Virus record (IMG/VR): IMGVR_UViG_3300029245_000012
DNA length: 57,549 nucleotides
From: a virus
Reading direction: 5' to 3' (one strand)
Shown: positions 43,531-53,726 of the stretch, piece after piece
Numbering within the stretch: position 1 is the stretch's first letter
Layout: every line of letters starts with the position of its first letter
The notes under the pieces: generated by a model
Database searches by the model: none
The model's input: the letters and a program-made list of their open reading frames with translations, nothing else
What the model was told of the DNA's origin: nothing
Position numbers and translations under genes: made by a program

Positions 43531-43764
43531 TTAGTCCTCTCTTACTAAAAAGTTAATGACTATTTTATTGTGTACCAATGCATACAAAATGCCTTTTTCT
43601 ACTTCAAAATTAAAAACAGCACATTTTTCTCCGTCATTTTCGATTTCTTCAATACTACTTACAAGTTGCATTTCTTTAATGCCCCTAGCCTCAAACGCAT
43701 GTAATGCATTTAGTAAATCCTCAACTTCACTAAAATTTCTGCCTACTGGTAATGCAATCCTCAT
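43531..43764 (-). CDS. hypothetical protein
   Basis: 77-aa ORF. Confidence 0.55.
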   Translation of the reverse strand: MRIALPVGRNFSEVEDLLNALHAFEARGIKEMQLVSSIEEIENDGEKCAVFNFEVEKGILYALVHNKIVINFLVRED

Positions 43765-43765
43765 T

Positions 43766-44140
43766 CTACTTTGCTCCTTTCAACTGCTCGGCTATCTCAA
43801 AAACCTCTCCTGTTGTAATTATGGTCGAGCCTCCATCCACATAATTCTCATCTAAGTCAATATGAGATTTTTGAGATATTAAGTCGGCAAAATCATTAAC
43901 ACCCTTGTTGTAGCCAAATTTATAGCCACATCTATACACATTTTCTAACATTCCCTCATTTGCCCTGTACGCTTTCAATTCCTCTAACCATTCAGCTAAA
44001 TGTTTGTTATCGTTTGAAATTCTAAGACAATCCAAACCATAGTACGGACTTCTCTTTTTTAATGTTAAATTTAGTTTATGATTGTTTTTGAAACTATTTT
44101 CATTATCTCTAGCTTTTTGTATTGCTTCATCAATCGTCAT
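43766..44140 (-). CDS. hypothetical protein
   Basis: Start at 44140 or 44146 after AAAGGAG. Confidence 0.5.
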   Translation of the reverse strand: MTIDEAIQKARDNENSFKNNHKLNLTLKKRSPYYGLDCLRISNDNKHLAEWLEELKAYRANEGMLENVYRCGYKFGYNKGVNDFADLISQKSHIDLDENYVDGGSTIITTGEVFEIAEQLKGAK

Positions 44141-44145
44141 TATCA

Positions 44146-44331
44146 TCACTCCTTTATTTTTCGCCTGCAATGAGTAGCACCGAATTTTGATTTTCCAACA
44201 TATTCGTAACAATCAACACATTTCCATTTACCACTCTTTTTCGGTGTAACTGAGCATCCATAGTATTTATGATTCTCACTCGGATAATCGTTCCAACAAT
44301 GGCAGTCATAGTCTTTACCGATTATCTTCAC
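44146..44331 (-). CDS. small Cys-rich protein
   Basis: 61-aa ORF with several Cys/His residues. Confidence 0.5.
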   Translation of the reverse strand: MKIIGKDYDCHCWNDYPSENHKYYGCSVTPKKSGKWKCVDCYEYVGKSKFGATHCRRKIKE

Positions 44332-44917
44332 CTACTTTCAACAAATCCATAAACTTCTCATACTGTTTCTGCGATACCTTATTATGCTCTTTTTCTGGCT
44401 TTAAGCGGATTATAAGGTGCTTTTCTGCAATAGAGGATAATTCCCTTGCAAGGTTCTTTCTGCCTTGCTCTAAGCCATCACGGTAGCCCCTAGAAGCCTT
44501 AAATTCATTTATCTTCTCCTTGCCCTCACCTTGACCGCCAGCCGTCTTGTTGTAACGGCACTGGTAGCCTTTCTTCGTGTACTGCAATATCCAATACTGC
44601 TCCATCTGATCTAGTTCAGTTTTAGGGTAGTGGATAAAATTAATCTGCCATCCATAGGGGTTATCCGCACTGTAAAACCCTCTTTTTTTCAACGATAGGT
44701 CTATGTGCTGATACCCAGTAAGGTGGCTGCACATTCGCTGCAAGATTTTCACAGCTTGACCTATATAAAAGTAAGATATGCCATCCTCATCCGTCCGAGT
44801 GAGAAAGTATATACCACTCTTGTCATCAAGTTTTGGATTAACTTTCAAAAGCCTTTCACGGTTGGATTTTTCTATAGCATATATTTTTTTGTAATTTAGC
44901 TTACTCGTTCTTTCCAC
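44315..44917 (-). CDS. GIY-YIG nuclease-domain protein
   Basis: SGIYFL...FYIGQA...R...H motif spacing. Confidence 0.65.
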   Translation of the reverse strand: MERTSKLNYKKIYAIEKSNRERLLKVNPKLDDKSGIYFLTRTDEDGISYFYIGQAVKILQRMCSHLTGYQHIDLSLKKRGFYSADNPYGWQINFIHYPKTELDQMEQYWILQYTKKGYQCRYNKTAGGQGEGKEKINEFKASRGYRDGLEQGRKNLARELSSIAEKHLIIRLKPEKEHNKVSQKQYEKFMDLLKVGEDNR

Positions 44918-45188
44918 CTCTCTTCACTATCTCGATCGCCTTTTGAATCGCACAATCTATGCAACCAACATCATCGAACTTGTTACATCCACCTTTTGAC
45001 ACTCTGCAAAAATAAAGACGTTGTGGATATATTATTTCTTCCAATTCTTCCACAACCTTATCCACATCATAAGTTGTTGGGTATTTATCCAGTAATAGTA
45101 ATACTGTATTTGTATTCAACAAAGTTCCGTTACTCAAAGTAACTGATTCCAAATCCTTTTTAAGCTTATCCGCATCAATTAGTCTCAT
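44901..45188 (-). CDS. hypothetical protein
   Basis: 95-aa ORF. Confidence 0.55.
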   Translation of the reverse strand: MRLIDADKLKKDLESVTLSNGTLLNTNTVLLLLDKYPTTYDVDKVVEELEEIIYPQRLYFCRVSKGGCNKFDDVGCIDCAIQKAIEIVKRGGKNE

Positions 45189-45372
45189 CGTTCACCCTCC
45201 TGTTCCATTCGACAATTACCTCGCTCAGTTTATGCCCTTTTGGGTAAGATTCTGCCGGTACAGGGCAATCCGGATTGTTGCACTTTACCATATACATCGC
45301 CCCACCGCTTGACCAGTGTTCGATTATAGGTTTTCTACCACAGAGTGGGCACGGTTTAAGTCCTTCATTCAA
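45175..45372 (-). CDS. Lar-family (restriction alleviation-like) zinc-ribbon protein
   Basis: CPLCG...VKCNNPDC...VEWNRR. Confidence 0.6.
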   Translation of the reverse strand: MNEGLKPCPLCGRKPIIEHWSSGGAMYMVKCNNPDCPVPAESYPKGHKLSEVIVEWNRRVNDETN

Positions 45373-45378
45373 TCTTCA

Positions 45379-45615
45379 TCACTCCAATCTAATTTTTTGA
45401 CCACATAATGAGCAATAACGCTCAAAAGAACGCCTTACAATTCCACAGTTAGGGCAGCACCGATATTCGCCGCATAATTCCGGCGGTTTTGCTATCTGCT
45501 TTTCAAGTGCCTCAATCGCAATGAGGTTTTCCTCATGCTCTAATACCTTGTTACCATAACACGTTGTTCTATATGCCCTACGCCTTAACTCTGTTATAGC
45601 CTCACTCTCTGTCAT
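45379..45615 (-). CDS. zinc-ribbon protein
   Basis: CCPNCG...CSLCG. Confidence 0.55.
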   Translation of the reverse strand: MTESEAITELRRRAYRTTCYGNKVLEHEENLIAIEALEKQIAKPPELCGEYRCCPNCGIVRRSFERYCSLCGQKIRLE

Positions 45616-45630
45616 TCTCCTACCTCCTTG

Positions 45631-45981
45631 TTAATATCTCCTATTCCACATCTTTATTACCTCAAGTCTTTTATCCGAGACTAATAATGCGTCCTTATCG
45701 CCATAGTTCTGAGGGACAAGCATAAGGTCGCCAAACTCGTCAATATTATAATATGAGCGACCTGTTGACTTTCTGCTTGTTCCACAGTTCACACATTTGA
45801 CCGCCCACGCTATCTCTAATTCGTGAGATGGGGCAGTTCCAATACTGTCCATGTTTTTATAAATTTCATGCGTTAATTTTGGCGGTTTCCCGCAAAACGG
45901 ACAGCATTTCAAGTCTAGTTTTTTGTATTTCTTCTCAGCGGCTCTTCTTCTCATGTCCTCTATACAGTCCTGTTCTGTCAT
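45631..45981 (-). CDS. Lar-family-like zinc-ribbon protein
   Basis: CCPFCGK...VKCVNCG...MWNRR. ATG after GTGAGGAA. Confidence 0.55.
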   Translation of the reverse strand: MTEQDCIEDMRRRAAEKKYKKLDLKCCPFCGKPPKLTHEIYKNMDSIGTAPSHELEIAWAVKCVNCGTSRKSTGRSYYNIDEFGDLMLVPQNYGDKDALLVSDKRLEVIKMWNRRY

Positions 45982-45982
45982 G

Positions 45983-46375
45983 TTATTCCTCACTTTCTAA
46001 TAACTCTTTATTGTTAAAAATGTTGCCGATAACTCCTATACCGTCTTGATAATCGTAAATATACTCTTTTTCAAATCTTCCATCTTCAAGTAATACATTA
46101 AAATAAAAACCTGCTTCACTTTCATTCCAACCAATGCATCCGCAGCATTTTTCAGTAAGGCAATTTACAACATCATTCTCCCAAATCAGCTTGCCGTTCT
46201 TGTCTTTTAAGCCTGTACATTGACAAAGGGTAGATACATCTACTTCAATCATATTAGGTACATCATTAGTCATACCCCAAAGAATATAGCCTTTTTCCCA
46301 TATCTGATAATAATAGCCCTGCACCCATTCCCCGTTATCAACTCTCTTTGCTTTAAATAAATATCTATCTTTCAT
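45983..46375 (-). CDS. YopX-family protein
   Basis: TGLKDKNGKLIWENDVV...GVIGNIFNNKELL. Confidence 0.8.
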   Translation of the reverse strand: MKDRYLFKAKRVDNGEWVQGYYYQIWEKGYILWGMTNDVPNMIEVDVSTLCQCTGLKDKNGKLIWENDVVNCLTEKCCGCIGWNESEAGFYFNVLLEDGRFEKEYIYDYQDGIGVIGNIFNNKELLESEE

Positions 46376-46387
46376 GTTTCCTCCTTT

Positions 46388-46672
46388 CTAATACCTTGAT
46401 ATTTCAATATTGCTATTCAATATGGTATTAAGTTCCTTGCTGAGTGAATCAAGTTCCTGTTTCACTAATAATTGAGCTTCGCTTATCGCGCTCATTACAG
46501 ATGTGCTATTTAATTTTCTATCCACAATACCCAGTGCTCGACAATTCATGTATAGTGTTTCTCCGCAACCGTGTATTCTGTGAACGCATATACCTAATCT
46601 TTTATTGTCGCCCCTGTAGATAGTTCCAGACTCAACAGGCTCTCCATATTTTGCATTGCTTATATACTTCAT
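46388..46672 (-). CDS. hypothetical protein
   Basis: ATG at 46672 after TAGGAGAG. Confidence 0.5.
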   Translation of the reverse strand: MKYISNAKYGEPVESGTIYRGDNKRLGICVHRIHGCGETLYMNCRALGIVDRKLNSTSVMSAISEAQLLVKQELDSLSKELNTILNSNIEISRY

Positions 46673-46680
46673 ATTCTCTC

Positions 46681-47085
46681 CTATTCTGCTTCTGATTGAA
46701 GCCATTCTAATATGCCATTTATACAAGGTTTTCTCATACATAAACCTCCCGGTGTGTAGACACATTGCTCACACATATTTTTTTTATTAATCCATTCTGC
46801 TAACTCATCATCCGACATATTCCTTATCCTGTCGGCATTGGTCTTTAACTTACTTTCCATCATGAATTCATGTATCAAATCATAGTCTTTATCCATAATT
46901 GACAAATGCTCTTTGCTGTCACCTTTTCGATAGATGATTACTGTATCCTTACTTTTTTTGGCTCTTAAAATTTCATATGGATTTTTAGATGTTGGCAAAA
47001 TCATATATCCCTGTTTTTCAAGCCAGCTTTCAAAATCTTTTAATTTGTTCATGTGTAATAATGCTCTATTTGCCATTTTTCCCAC
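46681..47085 (-). CDS. hypothetical protein
   Basis: 134-aa ORF. Confidence 0.55.
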   Translation of the reverse strand: MGKMANRALLHMNKLKDFESWLEKQGYMILPTSKNPYEILRAKKSKDTVIIYRKGDSKEHLSIMDKDYDLIHEFMMESKLKTNADRIRNMSDDELAEWINKKNMCEQCVYTPGGLCMRKPCINGILEWLQSEAE

Positions 47086-47383
47086 CCCTCAATTCTTTCA
47101 GTTTTGCCTCGGCTCCTGATTTTGTGAGAAATAATGTTTTGCCAATTTTGTTTATATCTGACAACTCAAATGTACACTTATCTATTGTACATGGTGTTTC
47201 ATTTGGAATACCTAAGATGTAATAAACATCATCTCCCACCTTACAAGGCAGTTTCAGAAGTCTGCTCTGCTCTTCTAAGTCCTCATAATCTTTAAGTTTC
47301 TTCTGAACGGCTAAAAGATAGGTATTTTCGCACTCTTCAACTTTGCCCTTGAACGAATATATATTATCAACTAATCTCTCCAT
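47066..47383 (-). CDS. hypothetical protein
   Basis: Internal ATG at 47383 chosen to avoid overlapping the membrane ORF. Confidence 0.5.
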   Translation of the reverse strand: MERLVDNIYSFKGKVEECENTYLLAVQKKLKDYEDLEEQSRLLKLPCKVGDDVYYILGIPNETPCTIDKCTFELSDINKIGKTLFLTKSGAEAKLKELRGGKNGK

Positions 47384-47385
47384 TA

Positions 47386-47628
47386 TTACTCCTTTCTGCC
47401 AACGTGTAATAGCCAGCTGATAAAATGTACTATATAAAACAAAGGATTTAATAAAAAGCCTATTATAATTACTAAAGCGCAGGCAAACATATTTAGGTCT
47501 GTACATTCATATACCTGCTTTGGAGTTACTGCAATATTTTCATAGTCTCCAATTGTTGCAATGAATATTCCAATAATCCAAATAATATAAACAACTAACA
47601 TTGCCTCACTCCTTTCTAAAATGGACAC
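47386..47628 (-). CDS. small membrane protein
   Basis: 80 aa with 2-3 hydrophobic helices. Confidence 0.55.
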   Translation of the reverse strand: MSILERSEAMLVVYIIWIIGIFIATIGDYENIAVTPKQVYECTDLNMFACALVIIIGFLLNPLFYIVHFISWLLHVGRKE

Positions 47629-47650
47629 GCATTTTTATTTGTAAGCATGA

Positions 47651-47899
47651 TTAATGACTTCCCATACTGCCAAAATCTTTTAATGGATATTCGTGCTCAT
47701 GTTTATTTGCGAACATTTTCACAAGACATTTTCCATCTGCTGCCTTAAACTCACATTCATTGCACCTGAATACAAGGTCTTCCTGTTTTTCTGTCTCTTC
47801 ACAATTCATACACCAATTCTTTGTAAAAATATCAAGTCCGTGTACCGCCTCTGTTGCATTATCTGAATTTCCACTTGTAAAACTAATCAAAACGGACAT
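47651..47899 (-). CDS. Cys-rich small protein
   Basis: 82-aa ORF containing CMNCEE...CNECE. Confidence 0.55.
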   Translation of the reverse strand: MSVLISFTSGNSDNATEAVHGLDIFTKNWCMNCEETEKQEDLVFRCNECEFKAADGKCLVKMFANKHEHEYPLKDFGSMGSH

Positions 47900-47989
47900 T
47901 CACCTCCTTTCCTTACCCGCTTTAGATTTTTTCCTTTTCTTGCGCTCATTCGCTATCACTCCTTTATATTCCATCCCACCCACCACAAA

Positions 47990-49205
<1,216 letters not shown>

Positions 49206-49207
49206 TC

Positions 49208-49648
49208 CTACTTAAATGGTAAATCATCCTCTATGCCCTCTGGTATGCTCATAAAGTCGTTTCCAGAGCTTGGCTGATTGCTTGCATTTGCTGTATTGGA
49301 CTGCTGACTATTGCTGTTATTTGTATTCTTACTCTCGCAAAACTCCTGTTCCTCAACAACAACATCAGTCGTATAGACTTTATTGCCATCCTTGTTTGTG
49401 TAACTACCAGTCTGAATTCTACCTGTTATGGCAATCTTAGTACCCTGTTTAAGGTACTTCTCTGTAAACTCAGCGCTCTTGCCAAATGCAATGCAGTTGA
49501 TAAAATCCGCTGTCTGCCCATCGCCCTGTTTCTTAAATTTACGATCTACAGCCAATGTATATCTGGCTATACACATCTGATCGCCATTCTGTGAATATCT
49601 GATTTCCGGATCACGGGTAAGCCTACCCATCAAAATTACTTTATTCAT
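49208..49648 (-). CDS. ssb: single-stranded DNA-binding protein
   Basis: Canonical OB-fold N-terminus MNKVILMGRLTRDPE and an acidic tail DDLPF. Confidence 0.9.
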   Translation of the reverse strand: MNKVILMGRLTRDPEIRYSQNGDQMCIARYTLAVDRKFKKQGDGQTADFINCIAFGKSAEFTEKYLKQGTKIAITGRIQTGSYTNKDGNKVYTTDVVVEEQEFCESKNTNNSNSQQSNTANASNQPSSGNDFMSIPEGIEDDLPFK

Positions 49649-49651
49649 ATA

Positions 49652-50044
49652 TTATTTCTCTCCGTTCTCTCTAATCGTAAAGGTTATTCCAACCTCTTTC
49701 TGTAATGTATCTATATAGTCCTGCCACTTCACATCTTCGTCAGCAAGGCAAGAAGTTTTAAGCAGAAAGCGCTCAATAAACCTACATAACCTATCATGAC
49801 CAAATCCAAATTCATCGTGCAATGTTGCACATGATAATAAGACCACTGTATCTATCGTGTTCCATTTGACTTTTTGCTCAAATTCACGCATCTTTGACGT
49901 CGGAATTTCAAGTGGGACAAAACATGCTCTACGTTTGGCCAGTTCCTTTTCTGCTTTCTCTATACCCTCACGTTTGATAATCTCTAACAACCAAGCTGCA
50001 CCGGACATTCTGTACTCATGTACTTTTTCATTTGCTTTCGCCAT
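49652..50044 (-). CDS. hypothetical protein
   Basis: 130-aa ORF. Confidence 0.6.
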   Translation of the reverse strand: MAKANEKVHEYRMSGAAWLLEIIKREGIEKAEKELAKRRACFVPLEIPTSKMREFEQKVKWNTIDTVVLLSCATLHDEFGFGHDRLCRFIERFLLKTSCLADEDVKWQDYIDTLQKEVGITFTIRENGEK

Positions 50045-50065
50045 ATCTTTTGTACTCCTTTCTGC

Positions 50066-50755
50066 TTAAAATGGACATTCGTCCTTTGCTCTCAACTGCC
50101 ATTCCACTCCGGCTCTTGCAACGTCCACATTTGCGTTTTTAGCCACTTCACGTATTTCAGCAACCATTCTGTCGGCATTGCTTGTATCAATGCCCATATG
50201 GCACAATATGACGTTCTGTAGGCTATCTGTAGCATTCACCTTGACAAATTCCTTACAAGTGGTTAATTCACAGTGACCGAGTATCTTATGAGTGTAATTC
50301 GGAGCATCAGTATCAACCATATCTTTGATGTAATTACATTCAATTAACATATGATCGATATTTTGCTTTTTAAATGTAACCGGGCAATACTCAAAATCCG
50401 TCATGTACAACATTTTTTGCCCATCAATTTTGATCAAAAATCCGTAATTTGGAGTACCGTTGTGTGGGAGAGAAAAACAACGAATTGTAAACTCTCCCAT
50501 TTTTACCGCCTTACTAACAGATTCAAACGGTTTCCACACCGGTATACCCAATTTTTTCAAATCAACTGCTGCCTTGATATGATCTCCATGAATATGACTT
50601 AAAATGACACCAGCGACATCTTTAATGTTGTAATTAAGGCTTCTCTGTATATCTTTAATTGACACTCCGCAATCAAGGATAAGTGTTTGATTACTTGCAT
50701 TTGTGAGTAAATAGCAATTACCAATACTGCCAGTAGAAATGCATTTAAGTTTCAT
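50066..50755 (-). CDS. MBL-fold metallo-hydrolase
   Basis: SHIHGDH motif. Confidence 0.75.
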   Translation of the reverse strand: MKLKCISTGSIGNCYLLTNASNQTLILDCGVSIKDIQRSLNYNIKDVAGVILSHIHGDHIKAAVDLKKLGIPVWKPFESVSKAVKMGEFTIRCFSLPHNGTPNYGFLIKIDGQKMLYMTDFEYCPVTFKKQNIDHMLIECNYIKDMVDTDAPNYTHKILGHCELTTCKEFVKVNATDSLQNVILCHMGIDTSNADRMVAEIREVAKNANVDVARAGVEWQLRAKDECPF

Positions 50756-50757
50756 GC

Positions 50758-51096
50758 TTATACCTCTACTTCATCTTCCTGTGGAAAACGATATATTCCA
50801 CACACGTTGTCAAGTGTCTTTTCTGAAACGTAATCTGGAAGAACAGTAACATGCATAAAACGATTATGGCGCATATATGCGTATCTTAGTTCTTCTATAG
50901 CCTTAAGCGCTTTTTCTTTTGTAGAATATTTACCCAGTACTTCAATTTCATTACATCCAATCACTTGAATTGATACGGCGTATTCAAACCTACGATCAAG
51001 AAATATGACACTATTTTCATATGGATAATCTACCGTTCCATCTTGTGAAACTATTCTCAATTGAAAAACTCCTCTCTTACATTTGTGATTTTGCAT
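50758..51096 (-). CDS. hypothetical protein
   Basis: 112-aa ORF. The start is uncertain because it overlaps 51057..51431. Confidence 0.45.
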   Translation of the reverse strand: MQNHKCKRGVFQLRIVSQDGTVDYPYENSVIFLDRRFEYAVSIQVIGCNEIEVLGKYSTKEKALKAIEELRYAYMRHNRFMHVTVLPDYVSEKTLDNVCGIYRFPQEDEVEV

Positions 51097-51431
51097 CTGA
51101 ATGCATGCTCCATGTCTGGAGCCAACATTTTTTCAGAACAGCATATAAAATCCCTACAAATCTTTGGCCTTACTTGATATATCTCGCATTTTTCACATGT
51201 TTTGCTGTCATTAAGAAACGGACAAGTCATATCAGACAACCCCAATATTGGATAATTATGCCTGTGCTCTTTAATGTGATACCTTTTGACATATTTGTGA
51301 ATTATTGCGATCTCCTCATCAGTCATGGGAAGTAGATTGCTACAACATTGTCCACACTGTGTACATTCGCCGTTGCAAGTAAGGTCAATTATGCCATCTA
51401 AAAATGCTTTTCCGTAGCGATCTTTCCTCAT
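51057..51431 (-). CDS. YkgJ-family cysteine-cluster protein
   Basis: CTQCGQCC plus a distal Cys cluster. Confidence 0.65.
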   Translation of the reverse strand: MRKDRYGKAFLDGIIDLTCNGECTQCGQCCSNLLPMTDEEIAIIHKYVKRYHIKEHRHNYPILGLSDMTCPFLNDSKTCEKCEIYQVRPKICRDFICCSEKMLAPDMEHAFRCKITNVREEFFN

Positions 51432-51440
51432 ATATACTCC

Positions 51441-52148
51441 TTACTTTGCAAACTCCGGTACTTCTTCGTCTTCCATAAACTCCTGCGAATTTGCATTTTC
51501 AAGATCACTCTGCACCTGTGTTGATACATCCTCAACTGTATACTCCTTAAAGTCGCCATCCTCAACTTCTTCCTTGGTGTACAATCCCATAGTTAATTCA
51601 GGACAGTTAAGACGTGAGAAAAACGATGCAGCTCGATATCTAAGCATAAGCTGCGGCATTGTTTTCCACTTGCTGCCATTCTTGTCAAGCCAGCCCTCAT
51701 CTTTAGCCATCTGCATATCTACAGTCATACCCTCTACTCTCCTGTCTTTTTTCAAGGTCCAACAAGTGCATGAAAAAGGTTTGCCATTTGCGTCTTTGGT
51801 TTCCTCATACTGTAACTCAATGTCATATTTACCACTATTATTAACCTGGGCAATAAGGAACTGAGAACTCCATGATGGTCTACCCTGTATAGGGTACAGG
51901 TTCTGCATGACCATAAGAGGACTTATTCTCATTCTCTGTGCCTGTTCAATAGCGATAAGGCAATTAGACGGATTCTTCTGATATGTCTGTGGTACAATAG
52001 TTGACTCAGCCAATGCCTTAGCCATCTGCATCGCCATGATAAAATTATCGGATGTACCAAATATACCAAGACTGTAATCAGTCACCTTATTTGAGGTTGC
52101 TACCTCTTTTTTCTGCTCTGTTGCAACTATCTGTGTACTATCTTCCAT
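51441..52148 (-). CDS. recT: RecT-family single-strand annealing protein
   Basis: RMRISPLMVMQNLYPIQGRPSWSSQF...LMLRYRAASFF. Confidence 0.8.
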   Translation of the reverse strand: MEDSTQIVATEQKKEVATSNKVTDYSLGIFGTSDNFIMAMQMAKALAESTIVPQTYQKNPSNCLIAIEQAQRMRISPLMVMQNLYPIQGRPSWSSQFLIAQVNNSGKYDIELQYEETKDANGKPFSCTCWTLKKDRRVEGMTVDMQMAKDEGWLDKNGSKWKTMPQLMLRYRAASFFSRLNCPELTMGLYTKEEVEDGDFKEYTVEDVSTQVQSDLENANSQEFMEDEEVPEFAK

Positions 52149-52504
52149 CTACTTATCCTCCTCATCAAATGATATTTCTTTTAACATTTCTGCAATTCTT
52201 TTCTTTGCTTTTCTTACTTCTGCCTTGATTTCATCATCGGTCTTTTTTGAGTTTTCAATAACCTCTTCAAACTCATACTCACTTATATGACCACGTAAAG
52301 ATCTAAGTAGTACTGCCGTCTCAGCTTTAACCTCATTCTTGGGACCCTCGATTATTCATATATTTCCAATGCCTTATTCTGCATTTTGTCAACAAGCGAA
52401 AACCTGTATTTCTTTGGGTATCTATTACAATTTGAAGTTATGCGGAATGTGTGTTCAGCCAAATTCTTTGCCTGTGAAATCACTCCAAACTCTTTCTCTG
52501 CCAT
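52149..52504 (-). pseudogene. four-helix-bundle (23S-IVS/Avd-like family) gene split by a frame break
   Basis: The 50-aa N-terminal part (ATG 52504, TAA 52352) continues for 62 codons in another frame to the TAG at 52149. The second part has no start codon. Confidence 0.45.
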
Positions 52505-52509
52505 ATCAT

Positions 52510-53118
52510 TTAATCTCCTGATTCAAAGATTGAAGATGAGAAGATACAAAATGGACGAACACCGTAGTTGACGTAACAGCCGTCGTTGCCGATACGGCCA
52601 GCGGACGAAACAACGGCTACGGTTCTTTTGTAATCGTTGCATGGTGTACTCCAAGGGCTGATAAGCCACCACCAATAATCTTTGGTATTTGGTATAAGAC
52701 TCCTATACTTTCTGTATTCGTCAACAGTAAGAAGAGAAAACTTGTCCTCGCACTTGCCATATTCTGTCTGACCGTCAAGAGATAAAAGATCTCTCTCAAA
52801 TGGAACTATATTTTCCAATCCTATTTCTGCGGCAATCTTCTCAAAAAACTCCTCATTAAGATAGTCACGAAGATTGCTGTTTTCCCAATTGCTAGAATCT
52901 GAGTCAAACTGTCTCTCTTCAATGCTATCAGCCAGACAAATATATCCAGCACTTGTGATATCAAGAATCTTCCACGTTGTATCTACAAGTTCAAATGTAT
53001 CTCCAATACCGAGCCCTTCCGGAAGATTGATTGACTTTGAAGTTGCCTTTAGCACTGCAATCTCATTCCTGAGATCATTAATCTGTTCCTGTAATACTCT
53101 CATTGATAATGTTGGCAT
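52510..53118 (-). CDS. coiled-coil + WWW...VRP-motif domain protein (paralog A)
   Basis: C-terminus YWWWLISPWS...AVVSSAGRIGNDGCYVNYGVRPFCIF. Confidence 0.65.
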   Translation of the reverse strand: MPTLSMRVLQEQINDLRNEIAVLKATSKSINLPEGLGIGDTFELVDTTWKILDITSAGYICLADSIEERQFDSDSSNWENSNLRDYLNEEFFEKIAAEIGLENIVPFERDLLSLDGQTEYGKCEDKFSLLTVDEYRKYRSLIPNTKDYWWWLISPWSTPCNDYKRTVAVVSSAGRIGNDGCYVNYGVRPFCIFSSSIFESGD

Positions 53119-53120
53119 GC

Positions 53121-53726
53121 TTATTCCCCTTTCTTTGATACAAAGATATTAGATTTTAAGATACAAACTGGGCGAACACCGCAGCCGTAGTAACAGCTGC
53201 AGTTGCGGAAATCGCCAGCGGACGAAACAACGGCTATACTGTACGTCCATCCCCTTTCGGCAGTGCTCCAAGGAGTACATGTCCACCACCAATCGTCCAA
53301 GTCCTTGTTAGGAAGTAAGTTGTTGTACTTCCTAGCCTCGTCAAAGGTGATAGGTCGCACCTTGTAATTACGATCAAAAAATTCATGCTGCATATCAACT
53401 GAGGTCAACTCAACCATATGCTCAAAAAGATTTTCTTCTCCAACTTCAGACTCAATTATCGGCTGAATCTCGTCCTCAATTACTCTCTTAAGATTAGACT
53501 CGTTGTAATCTCTTGAATTCTCATCATAAACTACATTTTCAGCCATGAAGTTCTTAGAAATAACTTTGGTTTTAGAGCCCATCCGTTCAAGCACAATAAA
53601 GTCATTCTTCCCAATCTCAAACACATCTCCAGGTGCTAAGGTTGATAATTCCACCTTGTTCTTTCTTTCTGCTTCTTCAAGCTGCCTTACAAGCTCTCTT
53701 GCTACTTCTAATGCTTTACTCATCAC
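53121..53726 (-). CDS. coiled-coil + WWW...VRP-motif domain protein (paralog B)
   Basis: C-terminus DWWWTCTPWS...AVVSSAGDFRNCSCYYGCGVRPVCIL. Confidence 0.65.
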   Translation of the reverse strand: MMSKALEVARELVRQLEEAERKNKVELSTLAPGDVFEIGKNDFIVLERMGSKTKVISKNFMAENVVYDENSRDYNESNLKRVIEDEIQPIIESEVGEENLFEHMVELTSVDMQHEFFDRNYKVRPITFDEARKYNNLLPNKDLDDWWWTCTPWSTAERGWTYSIAVVSSAGDFRNCSCYYGCGVRPVCILKSNIFVSKKGE

